A stretch of DNA of 32,132 nt from a virus (taxonomy: Duplodnaviria > Caudoviricetes). Position 1 is the first letter of the stretch, and every line of letters starts with the position of its first letter. Of this stretch, positions 16,367-25,240 are shown one piece after another. A model generated the notes under the pieces. It had not been told where the DNA came from. It saw nothing but the letters and a program-made list of their open reading frames with translations, and made no database searches. The position numbers and the translations under genes were made by a program. The stretch is from IMG/VR virus record IMGVR_UViG_3300037423_000290, positions 1-32,132 of that record. The stretch is one strand, 5' to 3'.

Positions 16367-17356
16367 TTACAGCGATGCGGCGGACTCGATACGGATGAGC
16401 CAAGAATCGTTCAGAATCTTGGTGGTCGTAGTCGCCTTCCAGCCTACGGTAGAACGCTGCTCCAGCGGGTCAGCGGTGCCGGCAGAGCCGAGCGCCTTCA
16501 CGTAGGTCTGCATTGCCTGACCGGACAGCGGGCACACGCCATAAGCGTTGTCCGCGATGATCAGTGTCGCGTAGACGTCATAGTTCGTGCCGTTGTTCTT
16601 GTAGTTGGTCGTGCCGGCAGCGCCCGCGCCTGCGAAAATCTTGCAGTTGGTTGAGGAGACGAAGCGGATGTTCTTGTAGGCGCCGATCTCGTCATCCATC
16701 ACGCTTTCCTGCGAACCATAGTCCGATACGGAGCGGTAGCCAGTGATGCTTTCCAGATCGAACTCGACGTCAGGATGCACAAGGGCGATAAATGCCTTGC
16801 GGACCGAGCCGGTGCCAACTGCGTCGGACGGCATGATGCCTTCCTTGACGTATTTGGCGTTCTGCACCTTCAGGAAGCGGATTGCCTTGTCCAGATCGGA
16901 CGCGGTGATCTTGTTCGCCACCAGATTGCGCGAGGCCACGCCAGAAGCGTAGGCAACGTTAGTGCCAGCAACCAGCACGTCGCGGCGGGCTTGGTCGATG
17001 GTCGTACCGGCCTGATCGCCGAGCACATCGGTTGCCTCGGTCACAACCGGGTCTTGATTGGTCATGCTGACCATATCGGACAGGGTGATGAAATCGCCAT
17101 ACTGAGCCAGCGTTGCGGTCAGGTCGGTTACGGCCAAGCTGGAGCCGGACGGCGTTACGCCTTCAGTCAATGGGGTGGATGCCGGCGAGAGCTGCGAATA
17201 GCGGCGGAATTTGATCTGATTGCCGTTCTTCTGCGCGATCGGGCGCTTCTGACCGAACCGGCCATGGACCTCGGCGGGCTGCGCACGGGTCAGCAGATTG
17301 CGATCGTAAAACGCCTGTACGCCCGGTGGGACTTGGGTGAGTGTCGTTGTTGCCAT
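16367..17356 (-). CDS. major capsid protein, N4-gp56 family
   Basis: IKFRRY..L....PLTEGVTP...L.QYG, GEIG-like DEIG...RF, DPL.QR...GWK. Confidence 0.92.
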   Translation of the reverse strand: MATTTLTQVPPGVQAFYDRNLLTRAQPAEVHGRFGQKRPIAQKNGNQIKFRRYSQLSPASTPLTEGVTPSGSSLAVTDLTATLAQYGDFITLSDMVSMTNQDPVVTEATDVLGDQAGTTIDQARRDVLVAGTNVAYASGVASRNLVANKITASDLDKAIRFLKVQNAKYVKEGIMPSDAVGTGSVRKAFIALVHPDVEFDLESITGYRSVSDYGSQESVMDDEIGAYKNIRFVSSTNCKIFAGAGAAGTTNYKNNGTNYDVYATLIIADNAYGVCPLSGQAMQTYVKALGSAGTADPLEQRSTVGWKATTTTKILNDSWLIRIESAASL

Positions 17357-17374
17357 GTGATGCTCCTATCGGAA

Positions 17375-18175
17375 TTAATAGCCTTTGACGCGCCGAACCT
17401 CTTTCTCGAATTCGGCTTGCGACATGTTTTGGATGCGCTTCACTTCCTCCAGCGCCTTATCGACGGGCTGCGTGTTGACAGCTGACGGTCCGGCACCGGG
17501 GACGCTCATCGCGGATTTCTGTTGCAGCTTTGCGGCTTCGGCGGCGAAGCGCTTGCCGATTTGGCGCTCTGCATGCGCCAGTTTTTCTGCAGTGATTTCA
17601 GCAATCGCAACAAGAGGATCTGACCAATCAGCACCGCCCGATTCACGCCGCGCGAGGATCGCCGTTTCTAGTTCCGGGTCGATGTCGGCAGAGAAAATTC
17701 CCGGATGGGCGCGATCAATGATCGTCATCCATTCGTTCTGCTTCTGTTCGGCCTGAATCTGAGGCGTCGGATCACCTGCTACATAGCGAATCGCTTCAGC
17801 CAACTCTGGGTTTTGCGCCAGAATCGCCGGCTTTGCTGCCTCGCGTTGTGCAAGCTCTCGCTCACGCTGGAGTTGTTTCAGTTGTTCAGCGTTCTTGTGT
17901 CCCCATGCCTGGGTATCCTTGAGCGCCTTTTTCGCCTTCTCCAACTCCAACCGCAGTTCTTCAACTGGGTCGGCGGGCTTTGCTTCGGGTTGCTTCGCTG
18001 GCTCTTCCGTCTTGACTTCAGTCGGCGCAGGTTCGGGTTTAGCCGGTTCCGCTACGGGATCAGTCTTGATTTCAGGTTGCGCGGTAGTGGCTGCCGGTTT
18101 CCCGCTCGCCGCCGCTTCCAGCTCTGCTGCTGCTTTGTCGTACTCCTTTTGATACTCTTCGTCGGTCATCTGCAT
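17375..18175 (-). CDS. scaffolding protein
   Basis: Acidic Pro/Ala/Glu-rich N-terminus, coiled coil, MS..EF C-terminus; directly upstream of the capsid gene. Confidence 0.8.
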   Translation of the reverse strand: MQMTDEEYQKEYDKAAAELEAAASGKPAATTAQPEIKTDPVAEPAKPEPAPTEVKTEEPAKQPEAKPADPVEELRLELEKAKKALKDTQAWGHKNAEQLKQLQRERELAQREAAKPAILAQNPELAEAIRYVAGDPTPQIQAEQKQNEWMTIIDRAHPGIFSADIDPELETAILARRESGGADWSDPLVAIAEITAEKLAHAERQIGKRFAAEAAKLQQKSAMSVPGAGPSAVNTQPVDKALEEVKRIQNMSQAEFEKEVRRVKGY

Positions 18176-18220
18176 CGTCCTTTCAGGGCCACTCCGATAA
18201 GAGCGGTAGTCCTAGTTGCT

Positions 18221-18463
18221 TCAGTTTGCGGCGTCCGCTTGGGATAGTGCCGCGGTTAAGCCTTCGCGCTCGTACTGCAGCGCTTCAGGCAAATTCAGTA
18301 GATCGCGAAGCGCCTTAACGCGCCCGCGGGCTTGCTCATCGTCGGCATCAATGAGCTTTTGAGTTTGTTCATCGATCATTTCTTTGATCTGCTCCACCAG
18401 CGCAGGAGCCTGCAGCGCAGGAATAAGCCGGTTAATGTGGTCAAGACGCTCGCCGCTCGTCAT
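18221..18463 (-). CDS. small conserved protein between portal and scaffold
   Basis: ATGA-coupled to the portal; RG.VKALRDLLNLPE motif. Confidence 0.75.
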   Translation of the reverse strand: MTSGERLDHINRLIPALQAPALVEQIKEMIDEQTQKLIDADDEQARGRVKALRDLLNLPEALQYEREGLTAALSQADAAN

Positions 18464-20592
18464 TGCATCCCCTCGGGCGGCATAGCGTCAGGCGTAAAAA
18501 AAGCGCCCTGTGGCGCTTGCTGTTGAGTCATTGCATCTTGCGGCATACCGGGCGGCCCGTTGTCACCATCGACTAGCTCTGTAGCCTGCCCCGCCTCTGC
18601 TGCCGCCATAATTGGCGCCACGCCTTGCTCCATGCGCTTCAGAATGATCTGTACTGCGCCTTCCAACTCCTTGAGCTTGTCGGCGGACTCGGATTTCATC
18701 TGCTGGAGGATGATTTGCAGTTCGCGGTTCGCCTCAATCTTCGCCATTTCGACGTTTTCACGGCTTTGCGCCTGCTGGAGTTGTCTCTGCAGCTGCTGAA
18801 TCATCTGTTGCATCTGCTGCATTTGCTGTTGAGCTTGTTGCATCTGCTGCTGAACTTGTGGCGGGATCTTGCCGCCATCCTCATCCTTGACGATCGGGCT
18901 TTCACGGCCAATCTCCAGCACATCCCACGTTTGCTCGAGCAATTCGCGCACGTCGATCTTCTCGGCTGTCATCGGGTTGCTCAATGCGAACTGAGAGAAC
19001 GACTGCAACTTATTCGCCAATACCTCTTTCTGCATGAATGAGGATGTGCCGGTCGCCTTCCATTCCATGAACGATGACTTGCCGAACTCCTTGATCTGCG
19101 CCCAGATTTGCGCATGCTCCTCACCGTGGATTTTCTGCACGGTTTCGACTTCAAGGTACTTCAGGTTCCACTCGATCAAGCATTCGATCATCGGCTCGAT
19201 CCACATGGAGTCAATGTGCTGGATCACTTCCTTGATTGGCAGGGAAGATGCCGACATGATCATGCTGATACCGGTCGCCGTCTTGTTCAGATGCGTCGAA
19301 TCATCGCCCTGCGTGTATTTCGTGATGCCTGTATCGTCGTCGCTGAACTGCTCGGACATCTGAATGAGGTCCATCCAGCCATTCGACACGTCAGGCATCG
19401 GATGCACAATAACGGCGTTCTTGCGATCATCGACCGACAGGCCTGGCTTCATGTCGTAGACCTTGCCTGGGCCGATCTTGAAGTTCTCCATTGGCAGGAA
19501 CTTCGAGCGATCAATGCTGATTGGTGGATTCAGCGCAATGCCCTTGCCCTCATTCATCAGACGGAAAGCTGCATTGATGTTCTTTTGGTTCGGCGCGTTG
19601 TTTTCCGCTACGCCAACACCCCATATTTCATGATCGGCTGCCTCATAGACGCACGGTAGAACGGGTTTTTTGTCACCCCAGGGGGATTCATCCACCTTAA
19701 CCACGACGCCGCCAGCCATGATGACCACAACATCAACCTGCTCGCCATCGGTCGAACCATCCTTGGATGGGCCATGCAGTGTGCTTTTCGGCACCTTGCC
19801 GAAGTATCGAGCCACACGAATGCGGTTATTCTCATGCCAGAAGCTGGCATTATTGCCGCGCATCTGCCGCGCCTTCTCCGATCCTTCAATGCGGTCATCG
19901 CCTTCAGGAGCTTTCAGCGCCTCATCGATGTCTTTATAGCCCGGCTGGCTTTTCCATGAACGCACTGTGTCGGGACTGGTCAGCGTCACCCAAAAACAGC
20001 CCATCGCATCCTTGATGTCATGCGCTTCCGGGTCTGGATACACATCCAGCGTGGCACCAAGCTCGAAATACGGGAAATCGAACTCGTACCTGTTTTCCTT
20101 GATGACAATCGAGCCGCCCGCATTCTCTGCATAGGTATCGGTCAACGTCTCACGGCGCACGAACGGGCCGAACATGAAGCCGGTTCCGTAGGTTGCCAGC
20201 GTATTAGTGCCAGCCGATAGCTTTTCCTTGAACTTGCCGCGCTCCAGCTGCTCGGTAAGGATGTCCTCGACCACATCAGCGAATGGCGCAAGCTGCTCAT
20301 TCACCGGGTTGGTATCGAATGGCAGTTTACCGTTGCCGAACAGCGCATCATTGATCTTTGCCCGAGCCGAGCGCACCTTATTGCGCGTCGAGCCCATGAA
20401 CAGCCCTTTTGCCTTCTTTGCCTTGGCGTGGCCAGTGCCTTTCGTGTCGTCGTCGCGAACGATGCGCATGACATCGTAGTAGCAATCGAGCAGCTTTTGC
20501 TCCTGGGGCTCACGCGCACGCCGCCAATCCATCAGACGCGATTCGAGCAGGGTCGCAAGTGGAGATTGCAACGCGGTAGAAACTTCGTCCAT
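18460..20592 (-). CDS. portal protein (P22/N4-like, long C-terminal coiled coil)
   Basis: 710 aa after terL; YGTG, DVYPDP, WGVGVAE, TATG.S motifs and Gln-rich barrel; start corrected to MDEVST at 20592. Confidence 0.92.
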   Translation of the reverse strand: MDEVSTALQSPLATLLESRLMDWRRAREPQEQKLLDCYYDVMRIVRDDDTKGTGHAKAKKAKGLFMGSTRNKVRSARAKINDALFGNGKLPFDTNPVNEQLAPFADVVEDILTEQLERGKFKEKLSAGTNTLATYGTGFMFGPFVRRETLTDTYAENAGGSIVIKENRYEFDFPYFELGATLDVYPDPEAHDIKDAMGCFWVTLTSPDTVRSWKSQPGYKDIDEALKAPEGDDRIEGSEKARQMRGNNASFWHENNRIRVARYFGKVPKSTLHGPSKDGSTDGEQVDVVVIMAGGVVVKVDESPWGDKKPVLPCVYEAADHEIWGVGVAENNAPNQKNINAAFRLMNEGKGIALNPPISIDRSKFLPMENFKIGPGKVYDMKPGLSVDDRKNAVIVHPMPDVSNGWMDLIQMSEQFSDDDTGITKYTQGDDSTHLNKTATGISMIMSASSLPIKEVIQHIDSMWIEPMIECLIEWNLKYLEVETVQKIHGEEHAQIWAQIKEFGKSSFMEWKATGTSSFMQKEVLANKLQSFSQFALSNPMTAEKIDVRELLEQTWDVLEIGRESPIVKDEDGGKIPPQVQQQMQQAQQQMQQMQQMIQQLQRQLQQAQSRENVEMAKIEANRELQIILQQMKSESADKLKELEGAVQIILKRMEQGVAPIMAAAEAGQATELVDGDNGPPGMPQDAMTQQQAPQGAFFTPDAMPPEGMQ

Positions 20593-20600
20593 TGGTTCTC

Positions 20601-21869
20601 TTAGAAGTGAAAGCCGTCTTCGTTCGGCTGGTATTGTTCGATCGGCTGGATAAAGCGCCAATCCTCGTTCGTCATCTTTTCCGCATTCACGCAGATGTAC
20701 CGCAGGTTATCCGCTCCATGGCTCCACTCGTCATGCATTGGCGCGCCTGGCTCGTTCGTCTGCTGATTGATGCTGCGTCGATAGCGTTTCGCGCACTGAA
20801 CCAAGCGCGCCGCCTTCGTCTTGTCGAAATAGATACGCGGGAAGGTCATCCGAGTTAAACGGATACCGTCCTCAATGCTCATGTTCGGCGTAATCGCCAC
20901 ATCCCAGCCGAGCGCCTGCATGATCTCTTCCGCGCTCTTGCCGGTCTTGAAATCCTTGTTGCGGCCGTCGTGAGGCAAATAGACCTTGCCCCAATTCAGC
21001 TTTTTCTCTTTCAGCATCGCCGAGTAGTAATCAAGCGTCTTGTGACTGTCCTCGATGTTCTCGATGATGCGCAGTTCGGAGGTTTGCTTCTGCACTAGGC
21101 TGATGCTCATCGCGTCATTCCAGCCTAAGTCAAAGATCACATGCACCTTCAGCAGCGGGTCATACGGCACATTGCAGATGCGGTTTTCTTCCTCTGCCTT
21201 GGCGACCTCGTTGTAATAGATCGCGCCTGAGACGGCCGGCTTACATTTGCCCTCCCATATGTTCTCGTACTCAGCCTTGGGCATTGTTGCTTTGGCGTGT
21301 TGCCGCTCTGCCTCAAGCGTCGCCGGGAACCATGGGTTGTCGCTGTAATTCATGTCCACGATGACGCAATCAGGAGGCGTATTGATCGCGAATCGCTGAT
21401 GCGTCTCGTCGGTTTCCAGCTCAGGGTTATACGAAACCCAAATCTCTGAGTTGGGCTTACGGATGGTGGGAATCAGCACTTCCCACGACCGTTTGCGCAC
21501 CGCTTGACCCTCTTCCACCCATGCGCGGTCCAAACCCTCATACGACTTGATGGACTCGACCGTATGCGTGGACAGGCCGCCGAACAGGAACTCGCCGCCA
21601 TTCTTGGCGCGAATCTCCGTGTCCAGCACGTCGTAATACCATCCGATGTTCAGCGCCTGGATCTGATCGGCAAGCAGCTTATGAACAGAATCCTTGATCG
21701 ACTTTTGCACTTCCCGGAAGCAGCCGATACGCAGTGTCTGCGTTGCACCCTGAATCAATAGGGAGCGAGCAAAGCTCCATGATTTGGCGCTGCCTCGCCC
21801 GCCCTTTGCAACCTTGTACCGATGCGGCTCAAACAAGAACCCGAGCTTCTCGGGAAGCTCAACTTCCAT
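20601..21869 (-). CDS. terL: terminase large subunit (PBSX/Terminase_3-like)
   Basis: Walker A GGRGSAKS, Walker B WVEE, YNP coupling motif, nuclease DLG..D and SH.AD. Confidence 0.95.
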   Translation of the reverse strand: MEVELPEKLGFLFEPHRYKVAKGGRGSAKSWSFARSLLIQGATQTLRIGCFREVQKSIKDSVHKLLADQIQALNIGWYYDVLDTEIRAKNGGEFLFGGLSTHTVESIKSYEGLDRAWVEEGQAVRKRSWEVLIPTIRKPNSEIWVSYNPELETDETHQRFAINTPPDCVIVDMNYSDNPWFPATLEAERQHAKATMPKAEYENIWEGKCKPAVSGAIYYNEVAKAEEENRICNVPYDPLLKVHVIFDLGWNDAMSISLVQKQTSELRIIENIEDSHKTLDYYSAMLKEKKLNWGKVYLPHDGRNKDFKTGKSAEEIMQALGWDVAITPNMSIEDGIRLTRMTFPRIYFDKTKAARLVQCAKRYRRSINQQTNEPGAPMHDEWSHGADNLRYICVNAEKMTNEDWRFIQPIEQYQPNEDGFHF

Positions 21870-22383
21870 TCGGCTTAACCAGTTTCAGGGTGAAGTTCAT
21901 ATCGACCGGGCCGCCGTCTTTGCCTGTCATCTGCAGCTTGTCGTTGAACATGCCCAAATGACGCGCCACGCTATCGAGAGCGCCCTTCTTGTCAACGAAC
22001 TTAATTTTCTTCGTCTGGCCAATTGCAACGCCATCCACTTTCTCTTCGTGCACATCTACGCCGACCAGTGCTGCGGCAACATCCGCATCCAGCTTGTGGA
22101 CCGGAATCAGTGCCCCGTCCTCATCATAGAACCGGCGCGGGTCCAGGAATGCCAGCTTGGCGTATTCCTTCAACACGCGGTCCTGCGTGATCTCGGTACG
22201 CTTTTCGCGCTCCTTCATTGCGGCTGCGATTGCCTCTGCAATAATAGGTTTCGATAGGTTTTCGCTACCGATCTCTTGCGCTGTCTTTTCGCTATACCCG
22301 GCCCGAATGGCAGCTTGGGTCGCATTCAGGTCAATGAGATACTCATCGACGAAGCGTTGCTGTTTCGGGGTTAATGTGGACAT
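21859..22383 (-). CDS. terS: terminase small subunit
   Basis: LTPKQQRFVDEYLIDLNATQAAIRAGYS..TA...G..NL.KP.I. Confidence 0.95.
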   Translation of the reverse strand: MSTLTPKQQRFVDEYLIDLNATQAAIRAGYSEKTAQEIGSENLSKPIIAEAIAAAMKEREKRTEITQDRVLKEYAKLAFLDPRRFYDEDGALIPVHKLDADVAAALVGVDVHEEKVDGVAIGQTKKIKFVDKKGALDSVARHLGMFNDKLQMTGKDGGPVDMNFTLKLVKPNGS

Positions 22384-22393
22384 AGCCTTAAAT

Positions 22394-22454
22394 AAAAAAG
22401 CCGCCCGATCTTGCGAAGGGGCGGCGAGATCCTTCAGGAGAAGGGAGGAGACAC
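22394..22454 (-). ncRNA. candidate anti-SD double-hairpin sRNA (Betaproteobacteria toxic sRNA-like) ending in an intrinsic terminator
   Basis: Minus strand: GTGTCTCCTCCCTTCTCCTGAAGGAT-CT-CGCCGCCCCTTCGCAAGATCGGGCGGCTTTTTT. Confidence 0.6.
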
Positions 22455-22538
22455 TGTATCAAGTGAGCCGACTGCTGTTACCGTGTACAGCGAGGCTCGG
22501 ATATTGCCAATCAGCTCAATTCATACCGCATTAACGAC

Positions 22539-22561
22539 GAAAGCCCCACTTTCTGCGGGGC
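22539..22561 (-). terminator. terminator-like hairpin after ORF 22569-22772
   Basis: Minus strand reads GCCCCGC-AGAA-GTGGGGC-TTTC. Confidence 0.55.
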
Positions 22562-22568
22562 CTGTGAT

Positions 22569-22772
22569 TTATTCGGGAATGCCTGGCGGCGGATGGTCGG
22601 GCAGCGGCTCGGGGCGTGGATCATGCACCTTTAGCGCCTCCATGACGCGAATCGCATATCCTTCGTTACCATACTCGCCAATCGTTTCCAATTGGCTTGC
22701 CTTGCCGTCCGTTTCATAACGGGTCACCACATAACGGGTCACCGGGCGCACCCGATATTCAACTGTACTCAT
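22569..22772 (-). CDS. hypothetical protein, first late gene (67 aa)
   Basis: AAGGGA RBS; MSTVEYRVRPVTRYVVTRY...; start corrected from 22841. Confidence 0.7.
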   Translation of the reverse strand: MSTVEYRVRPVTRYVVTRYETDGKASQLETIGEYGNEGYAIRVMEALKVHDPRPEPLPDHPPPGIPE

Positions 22773-22811
22773 GCTTCCCTTTCTGTCTCCGCAGAGACTC
22801 GTCGTAAACAG

Positions 22812-22839
22812 AAAAAGCCCCGCGATCTGCGAGGCTTTC
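22812..22839 (-). terminator. tR'-like terminator
   Basis: Minus strand reads GAAAGCCTCGC-AGATC-GCGGGGCTTTTT, about 30 nt downstream of the late promoter. Confidence 0.75.
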
Positions 22840-22869
22840 AAATTCTGCGGGCACGAAGCCCCTACCCCA

Positions 22870-22898
22870 AATATACCAAAACAGGATGGCGTTTACAA
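22870..22898 (-). promoter_or_regulatory. pR'-like late promoter
   Basis: TTGTAA-N17-TATATT, downstream of the Q-like gene and upstream of a terminator. Confidence 0.7.
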
Positions 22899-22901
22899 CA
22901 A

Positions 22902-23081
22902 CTATTTTTGCTTCCGCCAAACCGGACAAGTGAAGGTAAGCCCGGCAACAACGACTGAATACCCAACTGAGAATGCCTGGACTACTCCGCGCTCCCCGAA
23001 GTCAATTCCACCATACCAAGCCAGCCCCATGGAGAGCAAGAACGCGGCCACCGTCGCAAGCAACCTCGATACATTTGTCAT
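22902..23081 (-). CDS. 59-aa two-TM membrane protein
   Basis: MTNVSRLLATVAAFLLSMGLAWYGG...FSVGYSVVVAGLTFTCPVWRKQK*; ATGA-coupled to the Q-like gene; missed by the track. Confidence 0.7.
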   Translation of the reverse strand: MTNVSRLLATVAAFLLSMGLAWYGGIDFGERGVVQAFSVGYSVVVAGLTFTCPVWRKQK

Positions 23082-23530
23082 AGCAACCCCTTCGCCACCA
23101 GTTTCACGCGCATGACGATCTTGGCATCCTCAAAGCTGGCTGCTTTGGCAAACCGCCAGACTTGAGAACCCAATCCGTATTTGCGCATGATGGCTTCTTT
23201 GTATATAGGCTGCAGGCTGTCGAATGCTGCGTTGACGCGCTCGATGCGGTCCTGATCGGCGGCTTCGTACAGGTCTTCGCTGTCCTTGAGTGAGCCTGGG
23301 ACGAATCCTGCCGCGATCCGATAGCCATCCGGGCCTTCCGGCTTGCGCATCCAATCTGCCCACAGGTCGAGCAGCACTTCCACCTCGTCTATATCGCGTT
23401 GCATTCTGCCGCCCCTTTCTTTTTCAAATTTGATGTGCTTTGCTGGATCTTGGTATCGGTGCCGTTCTAGCGCCTGACTTTTAGGTTTGTCTTGTCTTCG
23501 TAGCCAGGCGAAGAATTGATCATCATTCAT
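23078..23530 (-). CDS. late antiterminator Q-like protein
   Basis: LLDLWADWM...G motif and C-terminal sigma-4-like helices; position before pR'/tR'. The start may be at about 23404. Confidence 0.65.
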   Translation of the reverse strand: MNDDQFFAWLRRQDKPKSQALERHRYQDPAKHIKFEKERGGRMQRDIDEVEVLLDLWADWMRKPEGPDGYRIAAGFVPGSLKDSEDLYEAADQDRIERVNAAFDSLQPIYKEAIMRKYGLGSQVWRFAKAASFEDAKIVMRVKLVAKGLL

Positions 23531-23548
23531 GGGGATCCCCGTAAATAC

Positions 23549-23755
23549 TCACCGATCGCCGTCGTCTCGGATTTGGCAAACCTGATCCAAAATTGCTGTC
23601 AGCATCCCAATGACATAGCTATGAAATCCCGCATCAAAACCGCTGTGCAAACTTTCGATGATCGCTGTCACGCCCCAAGCTACAGAAATCCAGCCCAATA
23701 AAGTGGACGGAACCCATACCGCCAGCCGCCCATTCGAATAGACCTTCTTCATCAC
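23549..23755 (-). CDS. small hydrophobic hypothetical protein
   Basis: GGAGG RBS; coupled to the upstream gene; two hydrophobic stretches. Confidence 0.55.
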   Translation of the reverse strand: MMKKVYSNGRLAVWVPSTLLGWISVAWGVTAIIESLHSGFDAGFHSYVIGMLTAILDQVCQIRDDGDR

Positions 23756-24204
23756 GCCGCCTCCTTATAAACAGCCGCTTCCTTGAATACGACATGCATC
23801 GCATCCCGCAATACGCGCCGCGTCGATGCCTTCTGCATCTCATCCGTCAGCACAAGTCCGTCGCCGATAGCGGTCAACTCACTGCCCGTCGCGCTCCATT
23901 TGCCCGTTTCCTTGTTGCGCGCCAATACGCTCCTCATCGCCTCAAGTGACGCATGCATAGCCCGCTTAGCCTCGTCCGATTGCTCGCCCATGTGCGCGAG
24001 GGTCATGCCAATATTTAACCGGCACGTCAGCGTATGCCACGCGGATTCATCGGCGTTGCCGGTCCTGAGCTTCAGTAACTCAGCATGTGGTGCGAGCTGC
24101 AGAGTGCGCTCATCGTCCGAGTTGAAACGGAAAGCGATCGGGATTGCGTTTGCGCGCGGTTTGTATTTCTTGTTACGTTTTGCTTTACTTGCCGACATTT
24201 TCAA
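23752..24204 (-). CDS. hypothetical phage protein (about 150 aa)
   Basis: Basic N-terminus (KRNKKYKPR) and helical body; sits in the nin-like operon. Confidence 0.75.
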   Translation of the reverse strand: MKMSASKAKRNKKYKPRANAIPIAFRFNSDDERTLQLAPHAELLKLRTGNADESAWHTLTCRLNIGMTLAHMGEQSDEAKRAMHASLEAMRSVLARNKETGKWSATGSELTAIGDGLVLTDEMQKASTRRVLRDAMHVVFKEAAVYKEAA

Positions 24205-24547
24205 TTTCCGTAATAACTACTCGAACCATTCCACCCTTTACCGGCTCCCTGCGGACCAGATGGAGCGAATCAATTTGCTCATCGTCCAACCACACGCCGG
24301 CATGCGTCAGAGCGTCTTGCAGCGCCTTGCTGCGGTTATCCAGATCCTGCCGCCGCCTGTCCGCTGGATGGATTGCTGCGAACAATGCGATGCGCCCCTC
24401 CAGCGTCTTATGCCCTGCCTCGGCTACGATCTCAGCGACTGCCTGCCTAAACGCCAGCCCTGCCGGCTTGATGAATCGACCGCCGCCGCGACGCTGGCCG
24501 TAGGCGTGGTTGATCGTGGGCGGCAGGGGTAGCGTTAGCGCAATCAT
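24185..24547 (-). CDS. rusA: RusA Holliday junction resolvase
   Basis: LPLPPTIN, P.DRRRQDLDN..KAL.DAL..AG...DD.QI. Confidence 0.93.
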   Translation of the reverse strand: MIALTLPLPPTINHAYGQRRGGGRFIKPAGLAFRQAVAEIVAEAGHKTLEGRIALFAAIHPADRRRQDLDNRSKALQDALTHAGVWLDDEQIDSLHLVRREPVKGGMVRVVITEIENVGK

Positions 24548-24885
24548 TTAATCCACACAAAAAACACGATCACCCATGCAGCTTTGCATGTGTAGTGGAT
24601 TAGTTGATCACCAAACATCGTCAGCTTGCCTTCGCATTTCAGCAGGTCAGTGATGGCATGAATAAATGCCTCGGCCAGACAGAGCCAAACGCTACCAGTC
24701 ACCAGAAACACGGCACCGCCATGAATCAGCGCATGGGATGACAGCGCATAGGGCCAGAACATCTTGCCGAGCTGCGTATTCGGATTCTTCGCCTGAGCCA
24801 GAAAGTCACCCTGAAGCGGATAGTCGGCCAGCGAGTGCAACACCAGCAGAGCCACCAACATTTCAAACGGTTGCAGATTCATCAT
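24544..24885 (-). CDS. DUF3307-like membrane protein (His/Asp metal-binding helices)
   Basis: HSLADYPLQ, HALIH, IHAITD..K, DQLIH. Confidence 0.8.
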   Translation of the reverse strand: MMNLQPFEMLVALLVLHSLADYPLQGDFLAQAKNPNTQLGKMFWPYALSSHALIHGGAVFLVTGSVWLCLAEAFIHAITDLLKCEGKLTMFGDQLIHYTCKAAWVIVFFVWIK

Positions 24886-24890
24886 TCCCC

Positions 24891-24956
24891 CTATTTAATT
24901 AACCACGCCACCAACAATGTCCATCCGATCACTACTGCACCGATGGCCCATTCCAT
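24891..24956 (-). CDS. 21-aa transmembrane micro-peptide MEWAIGAVVIGWTLLVAWLIK
   Basis: TAATG-coupled to the upstream stop; fills the gap to the next gene. Confidence 0.5.
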   Translation of the reverse strand: MEWAIGAVVIGWTLLVAWLIK

Positions 24957-25240
24957 TACCGACCGTCCTCAGTCCGCATTTCCTGCCAGCGCTGCAATGT
25001 GTCGATCGCATCCTGAATATCCCGCTCAACGCTCTTGTGGCCCCGGCCGCCTGCCGCGAGCAGCTTCTTGACCGCATGCCCGATTGCCTGATCAGTCACG
25101 CCGAACAGGTCTAGAACACGGTAGACGTCGATCGATTGCAGCTTTGAGACGTCTTTGAAGTAGTGGCTGTGCTGCCTTGTTTCCTTCTCGGCTTTCGTGG
25201 CCGCCGGCAGATGCGCGTAAAACATTCGTTCCGGTTTCAT
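24956..25240 (-). CDS. DUF3310/T7 gp1.7-like protein (putative nucleotide kinase)
   Basis: HSHY...IDVY...HAVKKLL..G.RG.K....DI..AI..L.R. Confidence 0.65.
   Translation of the reverse strand: MKPERMFYAHLPAATKAEKETRQHSHYFKDVSKLQSIDVYRVLDLFGVTDQAIGHAVKKLLAAGGRGHKSVERDIQDAIDTLQRWQEMRTEDGR

Noticed and set aside
18770-18860. CAG-rich microsatellite
   Set aside because: Encodes the ordinary Gln-rich coiled coil of the portal.
23783-24532. 249-aa plus-strand ORF (likewise 16775-17485, 29071-29397 and other antisense ORFs)
   Set aside because: Shadows of well-supported minus-strand genes in GC-rich DNA.
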